NCBI RefSeq assembly: GCF_964204645.1
Contig: NC_134028.1
Span: 18,483,653-18,547,652 of the forward strand
Length of the DNA: 64,000 nucleotides
From: Tubulanus polymorphus
Lineage: Eukaryota; Animalia; Nemertea
Direction: 5' to 3'
A model generated the notes under the pieces. The model saw nothing but the letters and a program-made list of their open reading frames with translations. It searched no databases and had not been told where the DNA came from. Shown one piece after another: positions 13,486-25,162 of this stretch. The number at the start of each line of letters is the position of its first letter. Position 1 is the stretch's first letter. The translations under genes and the position numbers were made by a program.

Positions 13486-13802
13486 GGCGGGCGTAGGTCA
13501 GCTTTGCGACGGCTTGTGACTCACTGCGACGCCATTCACTGTGACCACCAGCGACGATTGTGTCACAACGACTCATCGACCTACGCTCCCTTGCAAAGGG
13601 TTGCGACTGTCAGCAACGCCAGTTTCAAGGAGTCACACGTGCTCTACTTTCTGCGACGCGACACGACTGTCACAACCGACCTACGCGCTCTTGCGACTGG
13701 CAAAAACTAGTTGCACACAATCGTATCGCAACCGACTTGCACCGAAACTTGCGATGCAACGCGAGGATCGCATCGCGTCGCAAGGCTGACCTACGTCCGG
13801 CT
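13486..13802. mobile_element. PIF/Harbinger-like MITE
   Basis: ~26-bp imperfect TIRs (GGCGGGCGTAGGTCAGCTTTGCGACG / CGTCGCAAGGCTGACCTACGTCCGGCT) with TTA on both sides. Confidence 0.8.
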
Positions 13803-13859
13803 TTAAGTTACTGCGGAGCCCGAGAAATATCTTTTTTTTCTTTTAAAAGACCTTTCGCT

Positions 13860-14370
13860 TGAAAATTCTTTCGTCGAAACAAAATTTATTTCGTTCCAAC
13901 CAATAATATTCTTTTCGATAGTACCAATTCGAAAAATCGTTAGAACAAAGTTGAACAAACTTTTTTTTCCAAACAAAAAGTTTTTCGTTCGAACAATCGT
14001 TCGATCGAACAGAATCGTTTTAATTTGAACAGCATTTTCTTGTCAGAACATTAAGTTTTTCGTTCGAACAAGTGTATTGTAAAAAGTTTTTTCTCCGAAC
14101 CAAAAGTATTAAGTATTTTGTTCAATCGAACAGAATTGTTTTCATTCAAACATTCTGTCGATAAAATTGTTTTTGCTCAACCAAATTTTTTTGCCGGGAC
14201 AAAAAGTTTTACAATTACATAGCTTTTCATTCGAACACATTTTTTGTAAGAATGAAGAAAGTTTTGGTTCAAAAAAAGCGTATTGTTCAACCAAACTGAA
14301 TTGTTTTCACTCGAACACGATTTTCTTGTCGGAACATTAAGTTTTTGGTCGAACAGCGTGTTAAGTTCGT
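13860..14370. repeat. Degenerate short-period repeat rich in TTCG(TTCG)AACA and AAGTTTTT
   Basis: The motif recurs many times at irregular spacing. Confidence 0.6.
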
Positions 14371-14895
14371 TTTGGAAATTTACTCGGTCTGGTATATTTT
14401 CGATTACTGTGTATGTTATTTGTCTGGACATTAAACAGAAGACGACCTACGATACTGCCTTGCGCGACTCCACTAGTTAGACCGACTTATTCCAAAATGA
14501 GGCGTTCTGTTGATTTCGGCTACAAGTTTTCGTTCAGAGATAACTGCTGAGCCATTTGGGTGACCTATCATTGATAGCCTGTTTAGTTAGTAATGGCTGA
14601 TGTTGTGCCTTATCAAATGCTTTGTCGAAATCCACCGTTGAACAGGATTCTAAGACTGTGCAGTAAACCCGTTATCGCTGCTTTGCAGCTATATTTATTA
14701 CTTATTATTCATAACTAAACAATTAGCAACCAAATCTTATATTATCTGTAAACTGTCATTCTACTCTGATGCACGGCCAAATAAATACTGATCTGACAAC
14801 CGAATGTTATTAGGAATTTGTCTATTTCTTTAAAGGCGCTAGTTCCCCTCGCTCTGCAGCAAGCAACGGCCAATGAACACCCCGCACAACAGAAC

Positions 14896-15562
14896 CTATC
14901 AACTTTCGGTATCGTCATGTTCCGCCAGGAATGGTCGAAGAAGTCTGGAAACATTTTGAAATGATGCTACAGGCAGGTGTTATCCGTCACTCTATCAGCC
15001 CTTACAGAAGTCCTGTTGTCCTTGTCAGAAAGAAAAACGGAGAATTACGTTTTTGCGTTGACTATACCGAAAGACGAAACCTGACTGGTACAGCTTACCA
15101 CGGATAGACGATGTTTTGAACAATTTATCTGAATGTGATAGATTTACTGTGATAGATTTGATGAGTGGGTATTGGCAATTAAAGATGGCGGATAGGGATC
15201 GAGAAAAGACAGCGTTCAACGTAGGACCAGGTTTCAGTTTCTTCGAATTTAACAGGAGCCCTGGCGTCATTTCAAAGAATGATGGAAAGGCCACTTGGGG
15301 ATTTGAATCTGAAAACCTGTCTGGTCAATATTGACGATATTATCGTTTTTTCAAAGGGAGCCGATCAGCACATGGAACGGCTCAATGAAGTCTTTCAACG
15401 TTTGGAGAAAGCCTGATTGAAGGCAAAACCTTCTAAGTGTAAGTTTCTACAGACAGAAGTACTGTATCTTGGCCATAAGATATCGGAAAAAGGAATCGAG
15501 GCCGATCCAGAAAGGACCAGAGCAATTGAGGAATGGCAACCACTGAAGCTTGTTGCAGAGTT
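14896..15562 (+). pseudogene. Host Gypsy pol fragment 2 (RT)
   Basis: SPYRSPVVLVRKKNGELRFCVDY, LPRIDDV, IDLMSGYWQ, KTAF, CLVNIDDIIVF, KPSKCKF, YLGHKIS. Confidence 0.92.
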
Positions 15563-17616
15563 CACAATTGGTAGAACACTATATCCGTGTTGACGCGATG
15601 AGGAGAGAATCCAACAATGATAATAAAAAGTCCGAAAATGAAACTTCGAGATAGTAGTTTATTTCAACGTTTCGACTATATCCTAATAGTCATCTTCAGG
15701 AATAATGAGATACTACAGAAATTACGAGATATATATACAATCCAGAGACAAAGAGACTAATTCAAGTAATCAGAGATGATACAAACTAAAGGAAAATTAA
15801 CGTAGAAGCAGTTACACGCTAAAATAGATTAAAGGGAAGCAAACTAAGGGGTAATTATAAACAACAATAGTGAGTATAAATATAAATGAAACTTAAAGTC
15901 AGTAGCAAAAAGAAAGACAAACTAGGGGGCACTTAAATTAAAACAAAGGTGAATACAAGTTAAGTCAGAGACGAAATTGATGAGAGAACAAATAACAAAT
16001 TATCAAAGGGGAAATCAAGTGTTGAGTTTAACCAGTTTACAGAGGAATTTTGATATAAGTTTATTATGGGGTGAAAAACCATTGTTAAGGTTTACAACGT
16101 TGTTCGAATTTTCAATAATTAATGCAGATTCCAAAATATGTCTTCTAGTTTTATCGCTGCCAGGGTAAATTAATTCAGCATTAGCAAAATCAAAATTGTG
16201 TGAAGTCTGAAAAACATGACTAGCAACTCCGCTTTCAGGTTTAAAGTTTTTTACATCTAATTTATGCTCTTTTATGCGTTGATTAAGATTCCGACCTGTT
16301 TCTCCTATATATACTTTGTCGCAAACTTTACAAGGTATTTTATAAATTCCACAGTTTAGGGATTCGGTTTTCGGTTTGTTATTAATCAATATGTTACTAA
16401 GTTTATAATTGTATTTAAAGATAAGTTGTTTATTTAGTGACCGAAGAGAAACTTTAGAATTCTCGAGGAAAGGTACATACGGTACAATGATAGGCTGTTT
16501 ATCGGTAGCCAACGTAGGAGTTCTAAGGTTGTTATTTCTAAAATGCGTAGTACGAGCTTTAAGTAGAGCTTTTTTTCAATAGGAAATCGGGGTAGGCAAG
16601 TTTTTTGAGAGATTGGTTAATATGTTGAATTTCATCGGGTAGAAATGAGGGGTCGCAAATTCTCAAAGCGCAAAGAAATAATCCTTGAGCTAAACCGAGT
16701 TTAATATCTGGAGAAGTAAAAGAGAAGTAATGGAGATAGGATTCAGCGTAGGTTTCCTATTAACCGCGAATTTCAAAAAGGATCCACAGTTAAAAATCAA
16801 AACATCCAGAAAAGGTATTTTACTATTAGATTCCCATTCATACGTAAAAGCCAGAGACGGGTAAAGGGAGTTTAAATATATAAGAAAGTTATCAACATTG
16901 AAGTCAAAGGGAACCAAAGCCAGAACATCGTCAACATATCTGAGCCAGATTTTAGGGTGAATATCAATATAAAGAGGCAATATTTCAGATTCAACATGTT
17001 CTAGGAATAAATTAGCTAGAATAGGACTAAGAGGATTTCCCATAGCGATACCGAATGTCTGTTCGTAAAAACAATTGTTGAATTCAAAAAAGGAGTCCGT
17101 CGTACAAATAGAGATAAGGTCGATGATACAATCCGTAGGAATGCCGAAGTTAATGTTAAGTGATGGTAATCTGCGGTTTAAGAAATCAAGAGTAGGTCCA
17201 AGAGGAACATTGGTAAAAAGGGAAGTAACATCAAATGATATAAATTTGTCGTTGCCAGGGATAATATTCTTAATACGTTCAAGTAAGTGTTGATTATGGC
17301 GAAGGTGCGACGGAGAATACGAACCAAGCACCGGAGATAACTGTTTCGGGAGAAAATTTAGATAACCGGTATGTAGGAGAATTACAATTGGAGACTATAG
17401 GGCGCAGTGGAACATTATCTTTATGAATTTTAGGCAAACCATAGATATATGGTAAAGAGGGAAGACGTGAATGGAACTTATTTAGAGTTTCTTTAGCGGA
17501 GGGGAAACGTTCAATAATATCCGAAAGACTTCTGTTGAAATTAGCTTGCATACAAGGAAGAGGATTCGATTTAAGTTTCTTATAAACACCAGGATTATCC
17601 AAGAGAGATTGCATCT
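15563..17616 (-). mobile_element. 5'-truncated Penelope-like retroelement (RT + GIY-YIG endonuclease), frameshifted
   Basis: YIYGLPKIHKDNVPLRPIVS, SFDVTSLFTNVP, GIAMGNPLSPILANLF, WLRYVDD, IPFLDV; GIYKIPCKVCDKVYIGETGR..RIKEH. Confidence 0.95.
15658..15706 (-). ncRNA. Minimal type I hammerhead ribozyme motif in the Penelope 3' region
   Basis: Minus strand: UUAUUC-CUGAAGA-U-GACUAU(loop)AUAGUC-GAAAC-GUU-GAAAUAA, with palindromic AACGUU in place of stem III. Confidence 0.75.
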
Positions 17617-17836
17617 AAATTACAATTTTTGGAACTAAAATTTGTATTTCCGAGTAGTACTTACCCTTTCCTATGGTTTTTGCCAATATTTTCTAAATTT
17701 GGATTTATCGCCAATGGTTTTTCTATACGACCCGGCCCCTGCGGTATTGCATTTAGCCACCGGCGAAATCCGCCATCTTTTTACGTCATAGCAGACCAAA
17801 AAAAACAGCTATGCGGGGCAGGTGGGTGGGATTCCC

Positions 17837-17934
17837 ACCATAGGAAAGGGTAAGTACTACTCGGAAATACAAACTTTAGTTCCAAAAATTGTAATATTTC
17901 CGTCGAGTACTGTACCCTTTCCTATGGTTTTTGC
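17837..17934. repeat. DIRS internal complementary region (ICR)
   Basis: The first half is the reverse complement of 17619-17675 and the second half the reverse complement of 22047-22086. They join at ...AATTGTAATATTTCCGTCG. Confidence 0.93.
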
Positions 17935-17943
17935 TAGACTAGC

Positions 17944-18400
17944 CTAGCACAAGGATGGTGGGAAAGGTAGATAGAAAAACCACCGCTCAAACGCAAGGTA
18001 AGAGGGAAAAAGAGAGCACTTACCCAAGCACGGAATGGAGCACTGTAGCACAGGGAAGACCGGTTGGCCACAGTGAGCACGCAATGTATGAGAAATCGCG
18101 GAGCGGTAACCTTTAATAGTTATGACCTGTAAACCTTTTACTACAAATAGGTGCAGTAAAAAATCTGCCAATTGAGCTACAGAGGGTGAGCATGGATCAA
18201 TTTCCCCTGCAGCACACCAATCCGCAAAATGACTCCATTTGGCATCGTAAATGGTACTTGTTGATGGCCGCTTAGATCCTGCGATAAAGGAGGCAGTCTG
18301 TTCTGAAAAGCCTGAAGCTGACAAGGATCGCTGGACAATGGCCAGGCGAGCAGATTTAACCACTGGCTGTTTGGATGATGCCGAAAGATCCCCTGAGACA
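17944..18400 (-). pseudogene. DIRS tyrosine recombinase, N-terminal part only
   Basis: GFSEQTASFIAGSKRPSTSTIYDAKWSHFADWC..LADFLLHLF..TIKGYRSAIS; the catalytic core is then missing. Confidence 0.85.
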
Positions 18401-19490
18401 GAAGCGATGGGAAATTCGGAAGAATCCTGGGGTTGTCGCACAGTAGGTTGAGAAGTGGTAGGAACCATTTCTGAGCCGGCCAACATGGTGCTACGTTGCA
18501 ATTGACTGATCTCTCTATTTGATCCAGTAAGCGCGGCAGGACTGGTGTGGGCGGGAACGCATACGCATGCATCCCCGACCAGTCCAGAGAGAAGGCATCG
18601 ACCCCCCATGCTTCCACGTCTGGAAACGGGGACACAAACAGAGGACACCTCCGATTGAACCGGGTGGCAAACAGATCCAGCAGCGGATTGCCAAAAATGC
18701 CCCGAACCCGATTGTCTGGCACCAAAGAAGAATTTTGGCCGACAGACCTGTGAGGGTTTCTGAGTGAGTGCCCCCTTGGTTCTGAAGGTAAGCCCTCACT
18801 GTTGAATTGTCTGTGGTTAACCAAACGTGGTGGCCTTCCACACGGCCAGCATTTCTAGGAAATTTATGTGGTTGGTGGCCTCGTAGCGAGACCATTTCCC
18901 GGCTTTGACTCGGTTCTCCAGATGTGCCCCCATCCTTGGTGACTAGCATCCGTGAATACACGAACTGGAGCCTCTAACGGGGCTAGTGACACCCCGAGCC
19001 GAAGATTCGTAGTGGCGGCCCACCACTGAAGATCCGGACTTAGATCGGTTGGAGGTACGGGTATCAAGGCCTCCCAGTTGCCCTTCGACTGAGACCAGAA
19101 GACCTTCCAATATTGTTGCAAGCGCCTGCTTCTGAGGCGGCCTAAGGGCACCACCAGACCCATGGAGCTGATGGAGCCTAGAAGCCGTGACCAGTAACGA
19201 GCTGTTCTCGGGGTTGTGGACACTCCCGCTACAGCTTCTTGAAGTTTGGCCACTCGAACCATAGACGGAAAGACTTTGCCGATTCGGAGATCGAAGTCCA
19301 TGCCGAGATAAGTGAACTGTTGGGCCGGCGTCAACTGAGATATTCCCTGTTTACGCGGAACCCTAGCTGATGGACTAAGTCCAAGACTGAGGTCATTGCC
19401 TCCCGACATTCCTGAGCCAAATTCGCGACTATTAACCAGTCGTCGAGGTAAACGAACAGTCGAACACCCCTTGACTGAAGTACCTTAGTA
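18340..19490 (-). pseudogene. DIRS RT C-terminal half, RNase H and adenine-methyltransferase-like domain
   Basis: VYLDDWLI, FTYLGM, VFTDASHQGWG, TDNSTVRAYLQNQGGTHS, DLFATRFN..DAFSLDWSGMHAYAFPP. Confidence 0.9.
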
Positions 19491-21748
19491 GTAGGTTGCT
19501 GCCTGCTGCAGACAACCTCCCACTGGTCCCAAGAATTCATTTCGAGTTTTTCCGAAAGGAAGAGCCCCTTTTTGGAGCCTTCCCCTTGCCTCGATACGAA
19601 CCGGAATTGTTACGACCGGACGAGGCTTGACACGTTGCGCGCTAGTTCTCCAACCGGCATCCGAAGCCGCCTGAGAAAGCGCTGAAGTTTGAGATGGTCC
19701 TGTTTGCGTCCGTGCCGAACCTTGCGCCGCCGGCGTCGGACCAGAACGCTTTTTCCACGGAGTTCGGGGGTTGGACTTGGCCTGAACCTCCCGAATCTTC
19801 CTCAGCTCTGCGGAAACCGGAGCGCACCAACCGGAGAAGAGACGTGAAGACGTCCCCAATGGGGCTCTCAGCAAAGCATTGGACACCATATCCGGTAGAC
19901 GAGTTTTGGAACTGGAGTCCATCACTGACTGACGGGAGGCTAACACCAGATTAGCCTGACCCCGAACCGACAACGGAATTACATACGAAACAGACCGAGC
20001 CAAAGATTGGATAATCCGGTCCATTCCCTCCAGTTTTAGGGCAACTGACTCTGGGTCGGAGCCCGCATGAACGGCGGCGTGAGTCTCGCGAAGCTCACCC
20101 GTCAACACCTTAAGTGCCATATCTTGAAACGAACCAACCCTGGTAAGATTGTCCAGGATTGACGTCATGGCCACCAAACCGGACTTAGGCAAACGAATAC
20201 CCGACTGTGCTGTAACAGTATCCGGGCTAATCAAAGTATAATCAGCATCCAGGCAGTTATGACTGTGATCCACAGCACCTGGAGTTGCGTAATACGCCGA
20301 GCGAAATGCGCCTATAGGTGGATCGGTTGAACTAAAATATTTCCCAGATTTCATACCCCGTTCTGGAGGGGGAAACGAAAATGTTCCAGGCCGACATTCA
20401 CCGCATAATTGCGTATCGAATCGAGCCCATTCTCTCGAAACCGCTGACGATTCCCGTAAAACGTTAAGACTGGAGTCTGGAGGGCGATAAGCTTCCATTG
20501 ACTCACCGACCAGAGGAGCTGCTGTGGGCTTAGCGCAAGTTGCCCCGTGCTTGACAAAGAACTCACTTATCATCGCTCTAAATGGCATGTCCCCCGCTGG
20601 TTCGGTTAAAACTGAACGGGACGGAGATACATTGCGAGCCAGGGAAGCCCCCATCGTCTGGGGCAACCCACAATTGCTTGCGACAGGAACGACCCCAGAA
20701 GGAATTGCCGCTTCTGGGACCGGATCCTCATTGAAATCAGACCCTACCGCACCATCCAGGAATTCAGAGTCAGAATTCCGAAAAACTGAGTGGGCTGGCG
20801 AACTTCTAACCGGACAGGAATAGGCTTACCTGTTGTAGAAGTTGCAGCGACTTGTTGCGATGAAGATAACAAGTTTAAAATTTTCTCCTCAAATACATGG
20901 AAATCCTTCTGAGTCAGGTATTTTCCAGTATCCCGACGATCATGCCGACTTCGGTGACGGTCCCTCGAACGGGATCGCGACCTACTAGAAGAGTCGCTTT
21001 CATCGCTAACCGACGTCGACGAACGATGAGAAGACCGACGGCGAAACTTCCGACAATAACGATCGTAGTCCCTCTCGCGATCAAACCTTGATCTGCGAGA
21101 AGGAGATCTTGCTTGTTTATTACGCTCACGGCGTCTAAATCTAGTGGGAGAGCGAGCTCTATCCCCGGAGCGACGATCAGAATCAGACGATGAACGTACT
21201 GGATGTTTCGAACCGGACGACGTCTGGACCGGACCGGTGGCCGAACCGGACCGATGCCCGACCCGGACCGGTACCGACCGAACCGGTGCGGGCCGTTAGC
21301 GACTACCGCGGCGCGCGCTCGGTTCCGAACATGTAGTCTGAACCGGCCGAACCGGTGAACGACCAGAGACCTGTGAATGACCGGAGACCGGTGCCGGTGA
21401 ACCAGCGTTCCTCCCCGGTGAACGGAGTTGGGAAGCCGATCGTACCTGAACGACCGGCGACCGCTCCGCTTTACGATAAGAAACAGGATTAGAAACGTCG
21501 GTTGGCACATCGGCCGAAACCGACGAATCCCTGCTAACTCGACAACGATCTCTTAGTTTAAGAGCCTTATCGGCCCGAAGCCAAAGGTCCTCGGACCACA
21601 CGACGCAAAAATTGCAAGGATTGCTCCTTGCACATATTTGACCGGATTTGCGCCTGCACGACGCACATGAATCGTGGTTGTCCCAGGCGCCAAACAAATG
21701 CCCGCATCCCTCCCCGCCACGATGGTGACCCTTAGGAGGGGGTGGCAT
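19485..21748 (-). pseudogene. DIRS gag-like ORF (N-terminal Cys/His finger, Arg/Ser-rich linker, helical domain), frameshifted
   Basis: CGH..WDNHDSCASCR..CARSNPCNFC..W at 21296-21769 and ORF 19485-20666. Confidence 0.8.
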
Positions 21749-22115
21749 AATTATCCTGTTACAAATCAAAACAATTCAATTCAATCAAATTATATTTGTA
21801 AATAAAATTCTTACGGAAAAAAAGAAACCAGGGATAACCCCCAAACCGAACGGACTCACCGTTATGATAGTGAAAACTCCCTAATATCCTAATTCCCAGA
21901 TTTTTACGGCGAAAAAATCCAACGCGTTCTACTGCGAGAACGCTAAGAAAAAAGATGGCGGATTTCGCCGGTGGCTAAATGCAATACCGCAGGGCCGGGT
22001 CGTATAGAAAAACCATTGGTGATAAATCCAAATTTAGAAAATATTGGCAAAAACCATAGGAAAGGGTACAGTACTCGACGGAAATAATATATATATATAC
22101 TCTTTTTGCAGAGTT

Positions 22116-22875
22116 ACATTCGATCTTAGGTTTTGCTGGGTTTTATCGCCGGTTTGTGAAAGACTTTTCGAAGATTGCCGAGCCGCTCACTGACCTACTT
22201 AAAGACATACTACAGACTCGTTGAAAGTCCAAGCAACCACTCCAAAAATGGACGGAATCGGAGGATGTATTCCAGCGGCCACCTACTTTATGCCGACCAC
22301 CTATTCTGGGTTTTGCGGACTACTCGTTGCCGTTTATGCTGAGAACGGATGCATCTACTGCAGGACATGGCGTAGTCCTTTATCAAGAACAACAGGGCCA
22401 GCGACGAGTGATTGGATTTGCCAGCAGAACTTTAAAGCCATCAGAAACCAGATATCCCGTGGCGAAGCTCGAGTTTTTGGCTCTGAAATGGGCATGCAAT
22501 GTATTTCACGACTATCTATATGGACATCACTGTGTAGTCGAGACAGATAAAAACCCTTTAACAACCCTTTTGCATCCTGCTTACCCTTTGAAAAATGCCA
22601 AACTTGACGCCACTGGGCACTGCTGGCTACAGAGTCTTTCTGTGTATGATTTAGAACTTCACTACGTTACTGGGAAAAACATGTGGGACGCTGACAGTTT
22701 GAGTAGGAAAGTAGATAGGGATGTCATCCATGCTTTCTATTCTGGAGTATCGATCATTCAGATTGCCGGAATAGTCAGTTCCGAGGAGGATAATTGGAAT
22801 GAGCCTTCCAGAATCGACTTAAAGCGGATGCAGTCCCAGGATCCTGTCATTTCAAGGCTCCATAGTTATTGTTAG
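22116..22875 (+). pseudogene. Host Gypsy pol fragment 3 (RT end, RNase H)
   Basis: [60 protein letters not shown]. Confidence 0.92.
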
Positions 22876-24229
22876 TTTATTGTTATGCAGAATGTTTATG
22901 TACATGGGGAAGTAAATTTCCCTGTTGTTCCCTGTATTGGACCACCTCGTATAGTCGTGTTTGTTTGCTAGTAAATGAATTCGGTAACTTCTGATTATAG
23001 ATCGGTAACTTCTGATTTTTCGGTAACTTCTGAGAACGGTCTATCATGTAGTTTAGATGAAGTCTATCGAGACAATATTTTTAAAAACTATGGAGAGTGT
23101 GTAATAGAGTTATTTTTGGTTTCAATCTCTATGGAATTGGGATTGAATTAGTTAAAAACTGTTTCACTGTATTGTGACGCCTCTATGACAAGTTGAGGTA
23201 TTAATCTGTCAGCTGGTCCTTTGGTCATTCTATTTAGGAAATTCAGCCATGTAGGGAGAATTTCATGTAGTGAAATTAAGTTGAAAATACATTGTATTCT
23301 ATCTATTTTCGTCTCTTTAGGTAAGATTTATAATTATTTATGTATTGTATTCTGAGGATTAATGTTGCTAGACCGTGCTCGTTTGGTAAAGTATTGATAT
23401 GGCTGAACCTGGACCATTCTTTAGAGTAGATGTTTGGTCGGTGAATATTTTAATGTGGAATATAATGATTAATATTAGGTGTGAGACCTTGTTTGAGTGT
23501 GGTTATCATTCTATTATGAGTATTCTTTCCTTCAGCTATGTAGGGTGAATTTCATGTAGTGAAATAAAGTTTAAAATACATTGTATTCTATCTGTTTTCG
23601 TCTCTTTAGATGTTTGGTCAGTTCGACCGGATTAGTGATATCGATCAGTACATCAGTTTGACCGTAACGAGGATCAATGCTGGTTAGCCATGTTAATGCG
23701 GCACGGCTACTGGAGGTAGTGGAGTGACACGCCTGGGAAACTTGTCGTCTTGATTCGCGTTTTCGAAGTACGCAGTTTGAAAAGCAAATTAAGTTATACG
23801 AATAAAACCTCAATCCGAGGAAAATTCCGCTCTGCGACACATCAGGTTGACACTACTACCTGCGTGCCAAACAGTTTGATTTTTTTGCGTCAGTCAATCT
23901 GAGTCGGCCTGTGTTTTAGGCGGGACACAGCAGATTATCTTGCTGTGTATACAGCACCGCTGTCTCTACACACTAACCTACTACCCATGCTAACTCGGCG
24001 TATTCCCAAGAATACAGCATATTTGAATGGCGTAGTTTGTATATATATATGTGATAACGGCTGGCATTACTGGTAATTTTCATTGCATGAAGAAAATCCC
24101 TCACTAGCAGTGCTTTCAAGAAATAAAATCTGGGCTGGCGACTGACAAACACCGCAGAGACCACCCTACCAATACTCTCCCTGTCAGTGTAAACCACGAA
24201 CTGCACAGTATCTATGGAATACTTACGAA

Positions 24230-25162
24230 TGTATAAGTGCGCAAGCACCTGTGATGATAGTGATGGGGATAATATTTCATTACTGAGTAAAACCGATTTA
24301 GACAATTCACTGATATGGTGAGCCCTTCATGTGCCTCAAAACTTTCCATAATTCATCACGATTTTTGTTTTGGACCAACAAGTAAAACAGGATAAACAAT
24401 AGTCATAGCTAGGATCATGGATATAGGCAAATGAGGCGTGACAGACAACTTTTTATCAGATTATCAGTTCTATATCATTACAACATTATGGGACTAAATC
24501 CATGGCAGTAGAGATACTACGGGTGTTTTCTGTGAACGGCAGAATTTTTACTAGCGACAATCCCTATATGGTCTTCAACCATAAAAACGAACAGGTTATT
24601 CGTTATGTAGCTGGATATGTTGCATTTCAACTTAAAAACTTTACATAGGCTATAAATCAATTAAAAAGGAGAATTCTGTTATGGCAGCAAATAATGCAAC
24701 AATTTTTACCTCTTGGAGAACTGTAAGATATTTCGAGTGCATCAACATTTCTTGACTATACTAAACGACTAATTGATATTTGTAATCGTGGTGGACTTTT
24801 CTGTGTTAATGAGAGGGTTTAAAAATTTGAAAATAAACCCACTGCTTGTCACATAAAATTCAGTAAATCTGAAAGGAAACGTTAAAAAATCCTTAAAGAT
24901 ACTGTACTAAGTGACCGGCAATATTATTCTCGTGGAATTCCATATCAGCACCTTTAGTAGTGATCAATTGAAAACATATATGTTGAAACAAGATTTGCTA
25001 GATACAAATTCGAAAGAAAGGATTCGTCAATTCACACATGTTTGTGAAACAGAAATTGAAACCAAAAACAGGTACAACAAAGAAGAAAAGCCTTCGAAAA
25101 ACTTGAGTGCTTCCCATAACATAGTTTATAACAGGCTGAAATCAAATAATAAACATACTTAG
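24230..25162 (+). pseudogene. Degenerate second gene of a P-element-like unit (YVAGYV / NRGGL motifs)
   Basis: EQVIRYVAGYVAFQLK (~24589-24636) and TFLDYTKRLIDICNRGGLFCVNE (~24745-24813), with stops and frameshifts. The start is approximate. Confidence 0.6.

Larger units (their letters stand above)
12081..14695 (+). mobile_element. Non-autonomous Helentron-type element (HINE/DINE-1-like)
   Basis: 5' hairpin TAGGGTTTTCTG..CAGAAAACCCTA. 3' subTIR AAACCCG plus stem-loop GCTGC-TTT-GCAGC. Inserted between two Ts without a TSD. The same ends recur at 29088-29479. Confidence 0.8.
711..14891 (+). mobile_element. Full-length but degenerate Gypsy LTR retrotransposon nested in an older Gypsy pol
   Basis: Both LTRs start TGTCATGCCGGACATTAC (711, 11360). 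The 3' LTR ends ...CCCGCACAACA at 14891. 4-bp TSD GAAC at 707-710 and 14892-14895. PBS, PPT and gag-PR-RT-RH-IN order are present. Confidence 0.95.
11360..14891 (+). repeat. 3' LTR of nested Gypsy, interrupted by a HINE (12081-14695)
   Basis: 11360-12080 and 14696-14891 rejoin to match the 5' LTR. Confidence 0.92.
17619..22086 (-). mobile_element. DIRS1-type tyrosine-recombinase retrotransposon, internally deleted, with intact ITRs and ICR
   Basis: Inverted terminal repeats at ~17663-17781 and ~21951-22068. Gag, RT/RH, MT and YR remnants lie on the minus strand. Confidence 0.95.

Noticed and set aside
13860-14370. CRISPR-like array
   Set aside because: Repeats are degenerate and irregular with no unique spacers, the context is eukaryotic, and there are no cas genes.
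22980-23033. Three copies of TCGGTAACTTCTGA
   Set aside because: Too short to assign; probably subterminal repeats of a truncated DNA element.
23040-23610. Possible LINE 3' remnant on the minus strand with a ~75-bp duplication
   Set aside because: Translation is only weakly suggestive and no diagnostic motif is readable.
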